Source: Nitrospirales bacterium
GTDB taxonomy: Bacteria > Nitrospirota > Nitrospiria > Nitrospirales > UBA8639
DNA: 64,000 nt
Direction of reading: 5' to 3'
NCBI GenBank assembly: GCA_963422365.1
Contig: OY729426.1
Coordinates: forward strand, 1,632,001 to 1,696,000
Positions 1-10,399 of the stretch are shown piece after piece. Position 1 is the first letter of the stretch, and each line of letters opens with the position of its first letter. Under the pieces are notes generated by a model that did no database searches, was not told the DNA's origin, and worked only from the letters and a program-made list of their open reading frames with translations. Both the position numbers and the translations under genes were made by a program.

Positions 1-120
1 TGTCGCATCGCGGCAACGACTAGGTGTGAGAAGAAATCAGGCTAGGGTGTATTTCTGATCTTCAACCAAGTATAATCACTGGCTTTTGGGAAAAACTTAC
101 TTCACAGGAGGTTTATACTC

Positions 121-399
121 GTGGCAGTACATTTGCGTTTAACCCGAATGGGGCGACACAAACGGCCCTTTTATCGGGTCGTTGCCGTGGATTCCAGAGC
201 ACGTCGAGATGGAAAGTACCTCGAGATCGTCGGTACGTATGATCCTTTACAAGAACCAGCCGTCACCAACTTAAAGTCAGATCGTGTGTTGGACTGGCTT
301 CAAAAAGGGGCCCAACCGTCGGTGACCGTTCGCACACTCCTTCGGCGGTCCGGAATTTTGAAGACGTTCGAAGAATCGAAAAAGAAGACGAACGCCTAA
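121..399 (+). CDS. rpsP: 30S ribosomal protein S16
   Basis: MAVHLRLTRMGRHKRPFYRVVAVDSRARRDG...VGTYDP signature; GGAGG RBS; first gene of rpsP-rimM-trmD-rplS. Confidence 0.97.
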   Translation: MAVHLRLTRMGRHKRPFYRVVAVDSRARRDGKYLEIVGTYDPLQEPAVTNLKSDRVLDWLQKGAQPSVTVRTLLRRSGILKTFEESKKKTNA

Positions 400-448
400 G
401 CGCGTTGCTCGATGCGGGGTTACTTCCCCTGAGAGAAAAGTCCGGTCG

Positions 449-970
449 ATGGAAAATATGGTCACTGTTGGGAAACTGGTGAAATCCTTTGGGGTGAGAG
501 GACAGGCGCGGGTGCTTTCACTCACGGACGTTCCGAATCGGTTCGAGAATCTTAAGGAGGTGACCCTTGAGTTGCCGACGGGCAAAACCTTGGTGACGAT
601 GGTGACCGATGTCCATCCAGATGGCCAATTCTATCTCTTGCGATTTGGGGCCTTCTCCACGCCAGAGGAGGTGGGGGACTATCGCGGGGCGTGGTTGAAA
701 ATTCCCCAAGAGGAGGTTCCCCCTGCGCCTGAAGGTCACCATTATCAATTTGAATTCATCGGGTTAACGGTGAAAGATGAGTTGGGCAACGTGTTCGGAA
801 CGTTGGAGGAAGTGGTGGCCTTACCGCATCAATATCTGTTTGTGATCCGCAGAGCAAACAAAGAGTATCTCTTGCCCGCTCTGCGAAAATGGATCTCTTC
901 GATCGACCTCGCCGGAGGCGTCATGACCGTCGCACCGACTGCGGAATGGGCTGGTGACGATGCAGTGTGA
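449..970 (+). CDS. rimM: 16S rRNA processing protein RimM
   Basis: VGKLVKSFGVRG N-terminus, PRC-barrel-like C-terminus, operon context. Confidence 0.93.
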   Translation: MENMVTVGKLVKSFGVRGQARVLSLTDVPNRFENLKEVTLELPTGKTLVTMVTDVHPDGQFYLLRFGAFSTPEEVGDYRGAWLKIPQEEVPPAPEGHHYQFEFIGLTVKDELGNVFGTLEEVVALPHQYLFVIRRANKEYLLPALRKWISSIDLAGGVMTVAPTAEWAGDDAV

Positions 971-1727
971 AATTCTGACATTGTTTCCCGAAATGGTTGC
1001 AAACGTCGTGTCGCACTCCATTGTGCAGCGTGCGCAAGACAAAAAGCTGGTTTCGATTCGCGTCTATAATCTCCGTGATTTCAGTGATGATCGGCATCGA
1101 GTGGCTGATGATACGCCCTACGGTGGCGGATCCGGTATGATCATGAAGGCTGAGCCTATTTTCCGGGCGGTTGAGGCGTTGGGCCAAGAGCGGAGTCAAT
1201 TACGGATTATCGTGCCTTCACCTCAAGGGCTGCCCTTTACGCAACGGCTTGCCGAAGAGTTGAGTCAAGAATCGCGATGGCTGGTGTGGATCTGTGGTCA
1301 TTATGAAGGCCTTGACGAACGAGTGATGATTTGGCTAGAGCCTGAAGAAATTTCTCTTGGTGATTACGTGCTGACGGGAGGGGAACTGCCGGCCTTGGTC
1401 ATGATCGATGCGGCTGTCCGATTGGTTCCCGGGGTGGTGGGTGATCCCGCGTCGGTGAAACAGGACTCCTTTTCCCAACCCTTGTTGGATTTTCCCCATT
1501 ATACCAAGCCGCATACGGTTCGCGGGTGCCAGGTTCCTGACGTCTTACGGTCAGGCAATCATGAGGCCATTCGACGGTGGCGTCGCAAAGAAGCCTTGCG
1601 GAACACGTATGGCAAACGGCCCGATTTGTTGCGACAGGAGTCGTTAACCCAAGAAGATCAACAATTATTGTCAGATATTTCTCAAGAATGTGAACAAGTC
1701 ATGTCAGTGAGTGAAGGGGGAGGATGA
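960..1727 (+). CDS. trmD: tRNA (guanine-N1)-methyltransferase TrmD
   Basis: [45 protein letters not shown] motifs; ATG 960 preferred over GTG 954. Confidence 0.97.
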   Translation: MQCEILTLFPEMVANVVSHSIVQRAQDKKLVSIRVYNLRDFSDDRHRVADDTPYGGGSGMIMKAEPIFRAVEALGQERSQLRIIVPSPQGLPFTQRLAEELSQESRWLVWICGHYEGLDERVMIWLEPEEISLGDYVLTGGELPALVMIDAAVRLVPGVVGDPASVKQDSFSQPLLDFPHYTKPHTVRGCQVPDVLRSGNHEAIRRWRRKEALRNTYGKRPDLLRQESLTQEDQQLLSDISQECEQVMSVSEGGG

Positions 1728-2164
1728 CCATCATGAATCGGCTTCAACGGCTAGAGCAAACATTCCCGACGAACTCCGTCCCGGTGTTTGAAATTGGGGA
1801 CACCGTTCGTGTGCATGTGAACGTGATCGAAGGGGAGAAAGAACGGGTTCAGGTATTTGAAGGCGTCGTGATTGCTCGAAAAGGCAAGAAAATCAGCGAG
1901 ACGTTTACCGTTCGTAAAATCTCTTATGGGGTGGGGGTGGAACGAGTGTTCCCTGTGAACTCTCCCAATATCGCGAAAATCGACGTGAGACGAAAAGGGA
2001 AAGTCCGGCGAGCAAAGTTGTACTATCTGCGTGACAAAAAGGGGAAGCAAGCCAAAGTCGCCGAACGAGAGTTTTCCCGAACCGCAAGCAGAACAAAGGC
2101 CGCAAAGGGCAAGCCTGCGGCTACGGCAAGCGTAGCGGCTTCAGCCGAAGAAGCGGTCCAATAA
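1724..2164 (+). CDS. rplS: 50S ribosomal protein L19
   Basis: [49 protein letters not shown]. Confidence 0.97.
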   Translation: MTIMNRLQRLEQTFPTNSVPVFEIGDTVRVHVNVIEGEKERVQVFEGVVIARKGKKISETFTVRKISYGVGVERVFPVNSPNIAKIDVRRKGKVRRAKLYYLRDKKGKQAKVAEREFSRTASRTKAAKGKPAATASVAASAEEAVQ

Positions 2165-2189
2165 TCCGATGTGATTCTCTGTTGGTCTT

Positions 2190-2852
2190 GTGACGTTGAC
2201 CAATGACGCCATAGGGTTGGGAGCTTTAGGACCCACGTGCGATCTCGAAGAGGATGCACGGGCCTGTGGGTATCGACGGGTCGCAGGGTTAGACGAGGCT
2301 GGGCGTGGGCCTCTGGCCGGGCCGGTTGTCGGTGCAGCCGTGATTGTGCCCCGTCGCTTTTCGTTGCGAAGTCTTGATGATTCCAAAAAGGTGAGTCCCA
2401 CGGAACGGGACACGCTCTTTTCGGTTATTACCAAGTACGCGATGGCGTGGGGAATTGGCGTCGCGTCTGAAGCCGAAATTGACTCGCTCAACATTCTCCA
2501 AGCGACTCGTCTAGCTTGGCAGCGGGCAATCAATCAATTGCGTGTCTCACCGGATTTTTTGTTAATCGACGGATTAACAGGTGCTGACTTTTCTATTCCT
2601 CACCGGTCTGTCATTCAAGGCGACCAACTTTCGTCTTCCATTGCCGCGGCGTCAATTCTTGCCAAGGTTTTCCGTGACCGAATGATGTGTGAATACCACC
2701 AATGCGATCCTCGGTATCGGTTCCATATTCATAAAGGGTATCCAACGCCGGAGCACCTCCGCTTGCTCCGTCAGTTTGGACCAAGTCCGGCCCATCGGCA
2801 CAGTTTTGGTCCAGTGCGCAGTTGTCTGACGACACCTCAGGAGGGTGTATGA
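2190..2852 (+). CDS. rnhB: Ribonuclease HII
   Basis: GLDEAGRGPLAGPV, DDSKK, SIAAASILAKV, HKGYPT motifs; start uncertain. Confidence 0.95.
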   Translation: MTLTNDAIGLGALGPTCDLEEDARACGYRRVAGLDEAGRGPLAGPVVGAAVIVPRRFSLRSLDDSKKVSPTERDTLFSVITKYAMAWGIGVASEAEIDSLNILQATRLAWQRAINQLRVSPDFLLIDGLTGADFSIPHRSVIQGDQLSSSIAAASILAKVFRDRMMCEYHQCDPRYRFHIHKGYPTPEHLRLLRQFGPSPAHRHSFGPVRSCLTTPQEGV

Positions 2853-3235
2853 GCCTCACCCCACAGATCTTAGGCAAGGAAGCCGAAGCCGCTGCCGAAC
2901 AGTTTCTTCGCCAACAAGGGTATCGGATCCTTGATCGCAATGTTCGGCTCGGTCGTGGAGAGTTGGATATTATCGCCCGGGTGGGGGAGACGCTGATCTT
3001 TGTCGAAGTCAAAGCTCGCCGAACGGATCACTACGGAGGCGTGTCTCATGCGGTGACGGCACGAAAAGAGCAACAACTCATTCAATTAGCTGCTCAATAT
3101 CTTGCGCACCATCGCTTGGAAAATCAGCCCTGTCGGTTTGACGTGCTCTTCTATGATGCGGCAACTCCTGATGCTCCCATTCTTGAACATATTGAAAATG
3201 CCTTTGAGGTGTCCGGCGATGATCGGCGTTGGTAA
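2849..3235 (+). CDS. yraN: YraN (UPF0102) family protein
   Basis: GELDII...FVEVKAR, CRFDV, HIENAF; usual neighbour of rnhB. Confidence 0.9.
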   Translation: MSLTPQILGKEAEAAAEQFLRQQGYRILDRNVRLGRGELDIIARVGETLIFVEVKARRTDHYGGVSHAVTARKEQQLIQLAAQYLAHHRLENQPCRFDVLFYDAATPDAPILEHIENAFEVSGDDRRW

Positions 3236-3295
3236 GCGCACTGAATATTGCCATGAGGACCTGGAAAGATTTTGCCGTGCTGAGCCGTTGTCCCT

Positions 3296-3964
3296 ATGAT
3301 CCAGTTGTTCCGTGTCTCCAAATTCTACGATCGATATGCGGCACTTGATGGTGTCTCGTTTCGGATCGCCAAAGGTGAATGTGTCATTCTGACGGGACCG
3401 AGTGGTGCGGGAAAGACCACACTGCTCAAGGTGATCTTTGGCGCTGAGGTTCCTGATGCAGGGCAAATTCTTGTGCAGAACCGCAATATTGCTCGGTTAC
3501 GTGGAGGTGATATCCCTCGTCTGCGTCGAACAATCGGTATTGTGCTACAAAACTTTCAGTTGCTTCCGAATAAAACCGTATATGAAAACGTGAGGTTGCC
3601 GCTCATTATTCAAGGCGTAAAAAGACGCGAAGCGCGGAAACGAGTGGGGGAAACCTTAAAGGCTGTAGGAATGGATCACAAACAGGCGATACACACGGGT
3701 GTCCTCTCGGCCGGCGAGCAACAACGAATCGTTATTGCCCGGGCTGTCGTGACCCGCCCCATTCTGTTGTTGGCCGATGAACCGACAGGAAATTTGGATG
3801 CAGAATTAACAGTCGAAATCGTGGAATTGTTTAAAACGATTCATGCTCAGGGGACAACGATTCTCTTGGCTACCCATAACCGAGGGGTGGTTGAGCAGAT
3901 CAAGGGCCGGGTCTTGCATTTGCGAGCAGGTCGCATCGTGTCTGATGAGGGGGCGAGATCGTAA
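3296..3964 (+). CDS. ftsE: Cell division ABC ATPase FtsE
   Basis: Walker A GPSGAGKTT, LSAGEQQR, LLADEPTGNLD; followed by ftsX. Confidence 0.92.
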   Translation: MIQLFRVSKFYDRYAALDGVSFRIAKGECVILTGPSGAGKTTLLKVIFGAEVPDAGQILVQNRNIARLRGGDIPRLRRTIGIVLQNFQLLPNKTVYENVRLPLIIQGVKRREARKRVGETLKAVGMDHKQAIHTGVLSAGEQQRIVIARAVVTRPILLLADEPTGNLDAELTVEIVELFKTIHAQGTTILLATHNRGVVEQIKGRVLHLRAGRIVSDEGARS

Positions 3965-4860
3965 TGCGGTCGTTGCATTTACTCCTGGAAGCCATGACCA
4001 ATCTCCGCGTGAATCGAGGGAGCGTGGTGATTGGCATTGTCACGACGGCCTTTACCATTGCCTGCTTTGGCGTTTTTTTGTTGTTGTACCTCAATCTCAA
4101 CAATCTTGCCGAATCACTGCAGAGCAACATTGAAGTGATTGTCTACGTCGATCCCGAGGCCTCAACGCAGATCATGTCCGGCGTGAACCAGCGTCTGGAC
4201 AGTGAACCGGCAGCCACGGGCATCACCTTTGTGTCGAAAGCACAGGCGCTTCAAAAATTTCATGAACAGTTTCCCGATGAATCGATATTATTGGATGGGA
4301 TGGGCACCAATCCGCTCCCCGCGTCGTTTGTCGTCAAATTGTCTCCACGGTTTCAGGATGCCGAATCCATGGGGGCGTTTGCGGAGCGCGTCCGGCACTT
4401 TCCCGGCGTGACCCACGTGCGGTACAACCAGGATTGGATTGAGGACTTGGCCCTGTTTGTCGATTCCTTTGAATTAGGGGCGGTGGTGATTGGGGCGATT
4501 CTGGCCGTGGCCACCGTGACGATTATTGCGAATACGGTTCGGTTGTCCTTTCATACGAGACGAGAGGAGATTGAAATCCTTCAATTGATCGGCGCGACGA
4601 GTGTGTTCATTGCCGTCCCCTACGTGATCGAAGGCGCGATCCTGGGAGCCTTGGGAGGCACGCTGTCCCTCGGTTTGTTGAAAGGGACGTTTGAATATTT
4701 GCGATTAGAACTCAAGGCGTCAGGCTGGTTTCGTGGGTTGGAACATATTCTGACGTTTTTCCCCGAGCCGATGTCCGTTTTTTTGATTCTGGCCGGTATG
4801 CTGTTAGGATGTGGGAGCAGTTTGCTCTCAGTATTCGGGTTAATGAAAGCGAAAAAGTGA
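3964..4860 (+). CDS. ftsX: Cell division permease FtsX
   Basis: 4-TM layout, NPLPASF motif, RREEIEILQLIGAT; coupled to ftsE. Confidence 0.92.
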   Translation: MRSLHLLLEAMTNLRVNRGSVVIGIVTTAFTIACFGVFLLLYLNLNNLAESLQSNIEVIVYVDPEASTQIMSGVNQRLDSEPAATGITFVSKAQALQKFHEQFPDESILLDGMGTNPLPASFVVKLSPRFQDAESMGAFAERVRHFPGVTHVRYNQDWIEDLALFVDSFELGAVVIGAILAVATVTIIANTVRLSFHTRREEIEILQLIGATSVFIAVPYVIEGAILGALGGTLSLGLLKGTFEYLRLELKASGWFRGLEHILTFFPEPMSVFLILAGMLLGCGSSLLSVFGLMKAKK

Positions 4861-6005
4861 TGAGGCACTTGCTCTTCGTGACGGCTCTTGGGATGTCGGC
4901 CGGACTCCTCGCCCCTCAATGGGTGTTGGGCCAACCTTCTTCAATCCAAGACAACATTGAGAAAGAAAAATTTACCCTGGAGCAGTTAAAGCAGGAAATC
5001 GAGAAAACCAGCAAACAGCGTGATCGGTCACGAAAAAAACATGATGCGGTCTTGCAATCGATTGAGCGGCTGGATCGTCGATTGCACAAAGAACGGCGAG
5101 AGGCTGCTGCAATCAATCGGAAACTAAACACCATTGACCGGGAACTGAACAAGATGGGCGCTCAGTTAACTACGCTTCGATCCAAGATGAACGAGAAAAA
5201 GGCCGTGGTTGGCACTCGTCTACGACGGCTCTATATGGAAGGACAGGCCGGCTGGTTTCAACCATTATTGACGGCCCATTCGTATGCAGAATTTCAATAT
5301 CGGCTACGGTGTCTTTCCTTGCTTGCGACGAGGGAGCGCCGCTTATTTGAGGAATACCAACGCAAGGAAGTTCAAAAAAAACAACTTCTTGCGCAATCGG
5401 CGAAAAAACATGAATCGTTGGTAGTACAGAAAGGCCGAGTTGACAAAACAATGGACGGGATTCGAGACCTCACGTCTCAAAAACGTGTTGTCTTAGCGAG
5501 CCTTAAAAAAACGCTGCTCACGCTTGATCAGGTTGAAAACCAAAAAGATGCCCTCCTCAAAAAACTGGATGACGCCGCGGGAATCAAGAAACGCACGCCG
5601 GATTCGTTTCAAAGGGGTGAGTTGTTGTGGCCCGCTGAGGGCGATCTCGTGGGAGGGTTTGGGCGGCAACGGCACCCGATGTTCGATACGTCTATGAATA
5701 GGAAAGGGATTGAAATTGCCACAAGGGAAGGGACGGCTATCTTGGCCGTTTCAGACGGGGATGTGGTCTATGCGGATTGGCTCAGAGGATATGGACTTGT
5801 GGTCATTCTGGATCACGGCAATAATTACTTTACGTTCTATGCGCATGCCTCCAAGTTGCTGGTGAAAGAGGGGGAAGCCGTTGCCCAAAGAGACGTTCTT
5901 GGGAAAACAGGGTCCTCCGGTTTGACCAATCGAACCATTTTATACTTTGAGTTACGGAAAGGAACCAAGCCGGTGAACCCGTTGGGGTGGTTGGTCAAAC
6001 GGTGA
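4860..6005 (+). CDS. envC: Murein hydrolase activator EnvC-like (coiled coil + degenerate M23)
   Basis: Signal peptide, long coiled coil, C-terminal M23 fold lacking the HxxxD/HxH metal ligands (RKGIE, LYFE); follows ftsEX. Confidence 0.8.
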   Translation: MRHLLFVTALGMSAGLLAPQWVLGQPSSIQDNIEKEKFTLEQLKQEIEKTSKQRDRSRKKHDAVLQSIERLDRRLHKERREAAAINRKLNTIDRELNKMGAQLTTLRSKMNEKKAVVGTRLRRLYMEGQAGWFQPLLTAHSYAEFQYRLRCLSLLATRERRLFEEYQRKEVQKKQLLAQSAKKHESLVVQKGRVDKTMDGIRDLTSQKRVVLASLKKTLLTLDQVENQKDALLKKLDDAAGIKKRTPDSFQRGELLWPAEGDLVGGFGRQRHPMFDTSMNRKGIEIATREGTAILAVSDGDVVYADWLRGYGLVVILDHGNNYFTFYAHASKLLVKEGEAVAQRDVLGKTGSSGLTNRTILYFELRKGTKPVNPLGWLVKR

Positions 6006-6141
6006 GCCTGTCTGGAATCAGCACGAAGGCCTGGGCCTTCTCTGGACTATTTTACGATTATCGTGATGCGGAATAAGATTCGAGAGGCCCAGGTAGTACA
6101 ACGATTGTCATTGTCTTTTTAACCAGAGTTAGGATGTCGAT

Positions 6142-7467
6142 ATGGAAAAGGGACGCTCTTCAATAACATGGGTTTCCGGGCTCATTGTGTTCGGTGCGCT
6201 CGTCGTAGGGTTGATGATTGGAAAAGGACTAGAAAAAACAGGCTATGCCAGTGAATCCTACGAAGAGATCAAAATTTTTGCTGAAGTTCTGACTCAGGTG
6301 AAGAAACATTACGTCGAAGAGGTTCAGACCAACGATCTTGTTCATGGGGCTGTTCGCGGCATGCTCAAAACGTTGGATCTGCATTCCGCGTACATGACCC
6401 CGGAGATGTATCAAGAAATGAAGGTGGAAACCAAGGGAGAATTTGGGGGATTAGGCATCCAGATTGGGATCAAAGCTCATCGTGTCATCGTCATTGCTCC
6501 CATTGAAGGAACACCCGCGCACGCGGCCGGCATAGAAACCGGAGATATTATTTTGAAAGTCGATGAGGTACTGACGAAAGACCTCACGCTGATGGAAGCG
6601 GTTCAACATATGCGAGGTCCCAAGGGAACAACAGTCACGCTGACGGTAGAGCGAGAAGGGGCCCGAGGAACGCTGAGCTTCACCTTGATTCGGGATACGA
6701 TTAAGATTCGCAGTGTCCGATCCCGGATCGTTGATGATCACATCGGCTATGTGCGGATCTCTCAGTTCCAAGAATCCACGCCCCAAGATCTTCGCCGCGA
6801 ATTAGTGAAGTTGCGCGACGAAGGCACTCAAGGACTCATTTTAGATTTACGCAATAACCCCGGGGGGCTCTTATCCGCGGCAGTTGGGGTCTCCGAGCAA
6901 TTTTTGCAGTCTGACAAATTAGTCGTCTCAGTCAAGGGCCGTGATGGTCGGAAAGATGAGTATCGTGCCCGCCCGCCAATGGATCCCGATGAATATCCTA
7001 TGATTGTCTTAGTCAACCAGGGCTCTGCAAGTGCGTCAGAAATCGTCGCAGCTGCGATGCAAGATTGGGGGAAAGCCGTCATCCTGGGGAAGACAACGTT
7101 TGGAAAGGGTTCCGTTCAGACTATTCTTCCGTTGTCAGATGGGTCAGGACTGCGGCTGACGACGGCGAAATACTATACGCCCCGTGGCGAGTCGATCCAT
7201 TCCGTTGGAGTCAAACCGGATATCGTGGTGGAGCAAAAACCGATGACCTTGGGTGAGGAGCAGAAAGAGCCCACGGCGACCACCCCGGAAGAGGATGTCC
7301 GCCCTTCCTCGGCCAAGGCATTGGGCAATGATCCGGATCCGCAAAAAGATCTTGAAGCGGTCATGAAAAAGGACGTGCAGCTTCAAAAGGCTATCGAGTT
7401 ACTCAAGACGTGGAACGTCTTCAAAGACCTGCACCCCTTGAATCGGCATAGGGTGGTCACAAGTTGA
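6142..7467 (+). CDS. ctpA: Carboxyl-terminal processing protease (S41, PDZ)
   Basis: GEFGGLGI PDZ, DLRNNPGGLL, SASASEI, TFGKGSVQ motifs. Confidence 0.92.
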   Translation: MEKGRSSITWVSGLIVFGALVVGLMIGKGLEKTGYASESYEEIKIFAEVLTQVKKHYVEEVQTNDLVHGAVRGMLKTLDLHSAYMTPEMYQEMKVETKGEFGGLGIQIGIKAHRVIVIAPIEGTPAHAAGIETGDIILKVDEVLTKDLTLMEAVQHMRGPKGTTVTLTVEREGARGTLSFTLIRDTIKIRSVRSRIVDDHIGYVRISQFQESTPQDLRRELVKLRDEGTQGLILDLRNNPGGLLSAAVGVSEQFLQSDKLVVSVKGRDGRKDEYRARPPMDPDEYPMIVLVNQGSASASEIVAAAMQDWGKAVILGKTTFGKGSVQTILPLSDGSGLRLTTAKYYTPRGESIHSVGVKPDIVVEQKPMTLGEEQKEPTATTPEEDVRPSSAKALGNDPDPQKDLEAVMKKDVQLQKAIELLKTWNVFKDLHPLNRHRVVTS

Positions 7468-7693
7468 GGACAATAGCGGTCGTGGTTTTGGTGACGCCGT
7501 CCACACCGCGTATCCGCGAAAGGACGACTTCGTTGAGGGCCTCTAGCGTTTCCGCTTCAATTTGGACCACTAAATCATAAGGACCGGTGACGGCATCGAC
7601 TTTCTTCACCCAGGGAATGCGGGTGATCGTTTTATACGCACTTTTCGTGTGATCTCCTGCCACATCAATCATCGCAAACGCAGATACGGCCAT
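7457..7693 (-). CDS. Lrp/AsnC ligand-binding domain protein (no HTH)
   Basis: 78 aa with VTGPYDLVV and IRGVDGVTKTTTAIV. Confidence 0.8.
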   Translation of the reverse strand: MAVSAFAMIDVAGDHTKSAYKTITRIPWVKKVDAVTGPYDLVVQIEAETLEALNEVVLSRIRGVDGVTKTTTAIVLNL

Positions 7694-7779
7694 TGCTCGT
7701 TATTTCGTCTTTGCATGGTGGAAGAAGGTGCGCGGCGCTCTTTTCTGCCGGCGACCTTATCAAAGGCTTGGCCGTAGGG

Positions 7780-8262
7780 TCAATCACTCGTCGAATGTTC
7801 ACGTAAATTCTGAATAGCTGCGAGCAGTTCGTCCGCGGTCGCGCTGACTCCCGGTCGCGTTCTGAGCAGATGAGAGCGGGCAAGTGTCTCCAGATCGTCG
7901 AGCGTCTGAATGCCGAGTCGATAATACACATCATGCACAATGGGTTCGGAAAAGCCGGGGAGAAGGATCCATGGACGAATTGCCGGTGGCAAGGGTGTTG
8001 TGAGTTCTTCATAGGCCTTGATGGTGCCGGTCTCGACGTATTCTTGAATTTTTATCGCCAAGTCTTTCCCAATGCAGGGAAGGGTTTGGAGAGCCCCTTG
8101 ATGAGCAAGCTCGGCAATGGGATCCTCCAAGTTGGCGATCGTGTCGGCTGCTCGTTGATAGGCCCGAATCCGATAAGGGTTTGCTCCATTGTTCTTCAAC
8201 AACGCTGCCATGGACAGGAAGAGGTTGGCGAGGGCGTCGTTCGAATCGTGGATCGTTGGCAT
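7780..8262 (-). CDS. Stand-alone DNA polymerase X N-terminal helix-hairpin-helix protein
   Basis: NPYRIRAYQRAA, LPCIGKDLA.KI.EY.ETG, LGIQTLDDL; ends before the polymerase catalytic domain. Confidence 0.75.
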   Translation of the reverse strand: MPTIHDSNDALANLFLSMAALLKNNGANPYRIRAYQRAADTIANLEDPIAELAHQGALQTLPCIGKDLAIKIQEYVETGTIKAYEELTTPLPPAIRPWILLPGFSEPIVHDVYYRLGIQTLDDLETLARSHLLRTRPGVSATADELLAAIQNLREHSTSD

Positions 8263-8370
8263 ACGGCGAAGTCGTTTGAGAATATGAAGTGATCCTATTG
8301 TAAAAGATTGTGCTTAGCGATGATAGGTCCCCTCGCTTCTGGGCAGCTGGAAAAAGGCCACGTTCCCAAA

Positions 8371-8400
8371 TTGACAAGGCTTGAGAGGCTTTCGTAGGAT
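8371..8400 (+). promoter_or_regulatory. Putative sigma70 promoter of thiSGE
   Basis: TTGACA-N18-TAGGAT upstream of thiS. Confidence 0.5.
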
Positions 8401-8477
8401 GCAACTATGTGATCGGCGAGACGTTGCAGAGCGAACGGAGCGTGACTGGGCAGAAGGTTTTCGAAGAAACTCCACGC

Positions 8478-8711
8478 ATGTACATTCAAGTTAATGGTGA
8501 TTCACGTAACGTGCGTGCGGAGATGAATGTGACGGGGCTCCTCCAAGATTTGCAACTGAATGCCGAACAAGTGGCGGTGGAAATCAATCTTGAAATTCTC
8601 GAAAAACAGGCGTTTGATGCCCGAATGCTGCAAGAAGGTGACCGCATTGAAATTATGAGCTTTATCGGAGGGGGCGCCCCTTGCCCCTGTGTCATTCCCA
8701 CCGTCTGTTAG
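8478..8711 (+). CDS. thiS: Sulfur carrier ThiS with C-terminal extension after GGG
   Basis: MYIQVNG...VAVEIN...GDRIEIMSFIGGG, then APCPCVIPTVC; upstream of thiG. Confidence 0.9.
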   Translation: MYIQVNGDSRNVRAEMNVTGLLQDLQLNAEQVAVEINLEILEKQAFDARMLQEGDRIEIMSFIGGGAPCPCVIPTVC

Positions 8712-8722
8712 CGGGAATCCAG
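8690..8722 (+). repeat. Dispersed short imperfect palindromic repeat (TGTCATTCC...GGGAATCCAG family)
   Basis: Related copies at 32612-32643 and 60906-60938. Confidence 0.65.
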
Positions 8723-8807
8723 CTTGTTTTTTCTTCGCGTGTCACCACGAAATTGAAAAGAGGAGGAAGACGTCGAGTATGGTGGTTCTAAGAGATGGAG
8801 AGAGGCC

Positions 8808-9581
8808 ATGAGTGACGATTGTTTGACCATAGCCGGGCGAGAGTTCCGATCCCGTTTGTGGGTCGGGACGGGAAAGTATAAGGACTTTGTTGAGACGCAG
8901 CGAGCCATTGAAATTTCTGGCGCGGATGTCGTCACCGTTGCCGTACGTCGAGTCAATATCACGGACGGAAATTCCGAGAATCTTCTTGATTATCTTGATC
9001 CGAAGCAATACACCATTCTTCCCAATACCGCAGGGTGCTACACGGTGGACGAGGCAGTGCGCTATGCTCGGTTGGCCCGGGCAGCCGGGGTCTCGGATTT
9101 GGTGAAGCTCGAGGTGATCGGCGATGAGCGGACCTTATTTCCTGATACCGCCGGACTCGTTGAAGCCGCAAAAATATTGATAAAGGAAGGATTCGTGGTG
9201 TTGCCTTATACCAACGACGATCCTGTCGTGGCCCAAAAGCTTGTCGATATCGGATGTCCGGCGGTCATGCCGTTAGCGGCCCCGATTGGTTCTGGATTAG
9301 GAATACGCAATCCCTACAATTTGAAAATCATCCTTGAAACCGTGAACGTGCCGGTGATTGTCGATGCAGGAGTGGGAACCGCTTCCGATGCGGCGTTGGC
9401 CATGGAATACGGGGCAGATGCGGTATTGATGAATACCGCGATCGCAGAGGCACAAGAGCCCATTGTCATGGCTGAGGCCATGAAGTACGCGGTAGAAGCT
9501 GGACGGTTAGCATATCAAGCCGGGCGCATTCCTCGAAAACTCTATGCCACCGCGAGTAGTCCGATCGAAGGTATGTTATAG
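8808..9581 (+). CDS. thiG: Thiazole synthase ThiG
   Basis: [40 protein letters not shown]. Confidence 0.97.
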   Translation: MSDDCLTIAGREFRSRLWVGTGKYKDFVETQRAIEISGADVVTVAVRRVNITDGNSENLLDYLDPKQYTILPNTAGCYTVDEAVRYARLARAAGVSDLVKLEVIGDERTLFPDTAGLVEAAKILIKEGFVVLPYTNDDPVVAQKLVDIGCPAVMPLAAPIGSGLGIRNPYNLKIILETVNVPVIVDAGVGTASDAALAMEYGADAVLMNTAIAEAQEPIVMAEAMKYAVEAGRLAYQAGRIPRKLYATASSPIEGML

Positions 9582-9681
9582 CCTGACGTCATTTCCGCCC
9601 TGCTCCTCCTTTGTAAGGAGGGCTGTTGCATTCTGCGCAGGATGACAAGGGTGACCGTCGAGGCCTTTCGTGTTTGTGACA

Positions 9682-10317
9682 ATGAGTCGTCTTCCCCCTT
9701 TGTATGTCGTCACCGACCGGCACCAAACCGGAGAGGCTGGTTGTCTCCAGATCCTCAGAGACATCATCCCTGAACAAGGGATGATGGTACAAATTCGGGA
9801 AAGAGATCTTGGATCCCGAGAGCTGCTACGGTTTGTGAAGGCCATTCACCTCATGGCCCATCCCTTTTGTGTTCCGTGTTTGATCAATGACCGCGTGGAC
9901 TTGGTTCTTGCCACTCAGGCCGCAGGCGTGCACCTTCGCTCAGACAGCCTGCCCATCAAAGAGGCCAGAAAATGTTTGGGCCCTGATTATCTTATTGGGA
10001 AGTCGGTCCATTCTGCCCAAGAGGCGCTTCAAAGCGAGAAAGAAGGTGCGGACTTTGTTGTGCTCGGGCCGGTGTATGCGACACCCTCAAAACGTGAATA
10101 TGGCCCCCCGTTAGGTGTTCGCGCCATTCGCGAAGCCAGTCGGCACTGTACAATTCCCGTGTATGCGATTGGTGGGATGACGCCTTCTCGCGTGGAGAAC
10201 GTGATGGAGGCCGGTGCCGTTGGCGTTGCGGTCATTTCTTCAATTTTCCAAGCCTCGTCTCCACGCGAGGCTGTGACGACATATTCTACGCAACTGCGCA
10301 AATGGATCTCACGGTAA
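9682..10317 (+). CDS. thiE: Thiamine phosphate synthase ThiE (or TenI-like paralog)
   Basis: LYVVTD, QIRE, INDRVD..A.GVHL, GPVYATPSK, AIGG. Confidence 0.8.
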   Translation: MSRLPPLYVVTDRHQTGEAGCLQILRDIIPEQGMMVQIRERDLGSRELLRFVKAIHLMAHPFCVPCLINDRVDLVLATQAAGVHLRSDSLPIKEARKCLGPDYLIGKSVHSAQEALQSEKEGADFVVLGPVYATPSKREYGPPLGVRAIREASRHCTIPVYAIGGMTPSRVENVMEAGAVGVAVISSIFQASSPREAVTTYSTQLRKWISR

Positions 10318-10333
10318 GAAGGTCTGCTTTCTA

Positions 10334-10363
10334 TTGACCCTTTCCGAAAACCAGTGCTAGAAT
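10334..10363 (+). promoter_or_regulatory. Putative sigma70 promoter of the proteasome operon
   Basis: TTGACC-N18-TAGAAT with extended TG. Confidence 0.55.
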
Positions 10364-10399
10364 TTTTTCCGGGAGTCCCCGAGAGGGAACGGGAGGCTC

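Noticed and set aside
400..448. Absence of khpA between rpsP and rimM
   Set aside because: Many lineages lack it at this position; not remarkable.
8300..8477. TPP riboswitch upstream of thiS
   Set aside because: Conserved CUGAGA and downstream aptamer core elements were not found in the expected arrangement.
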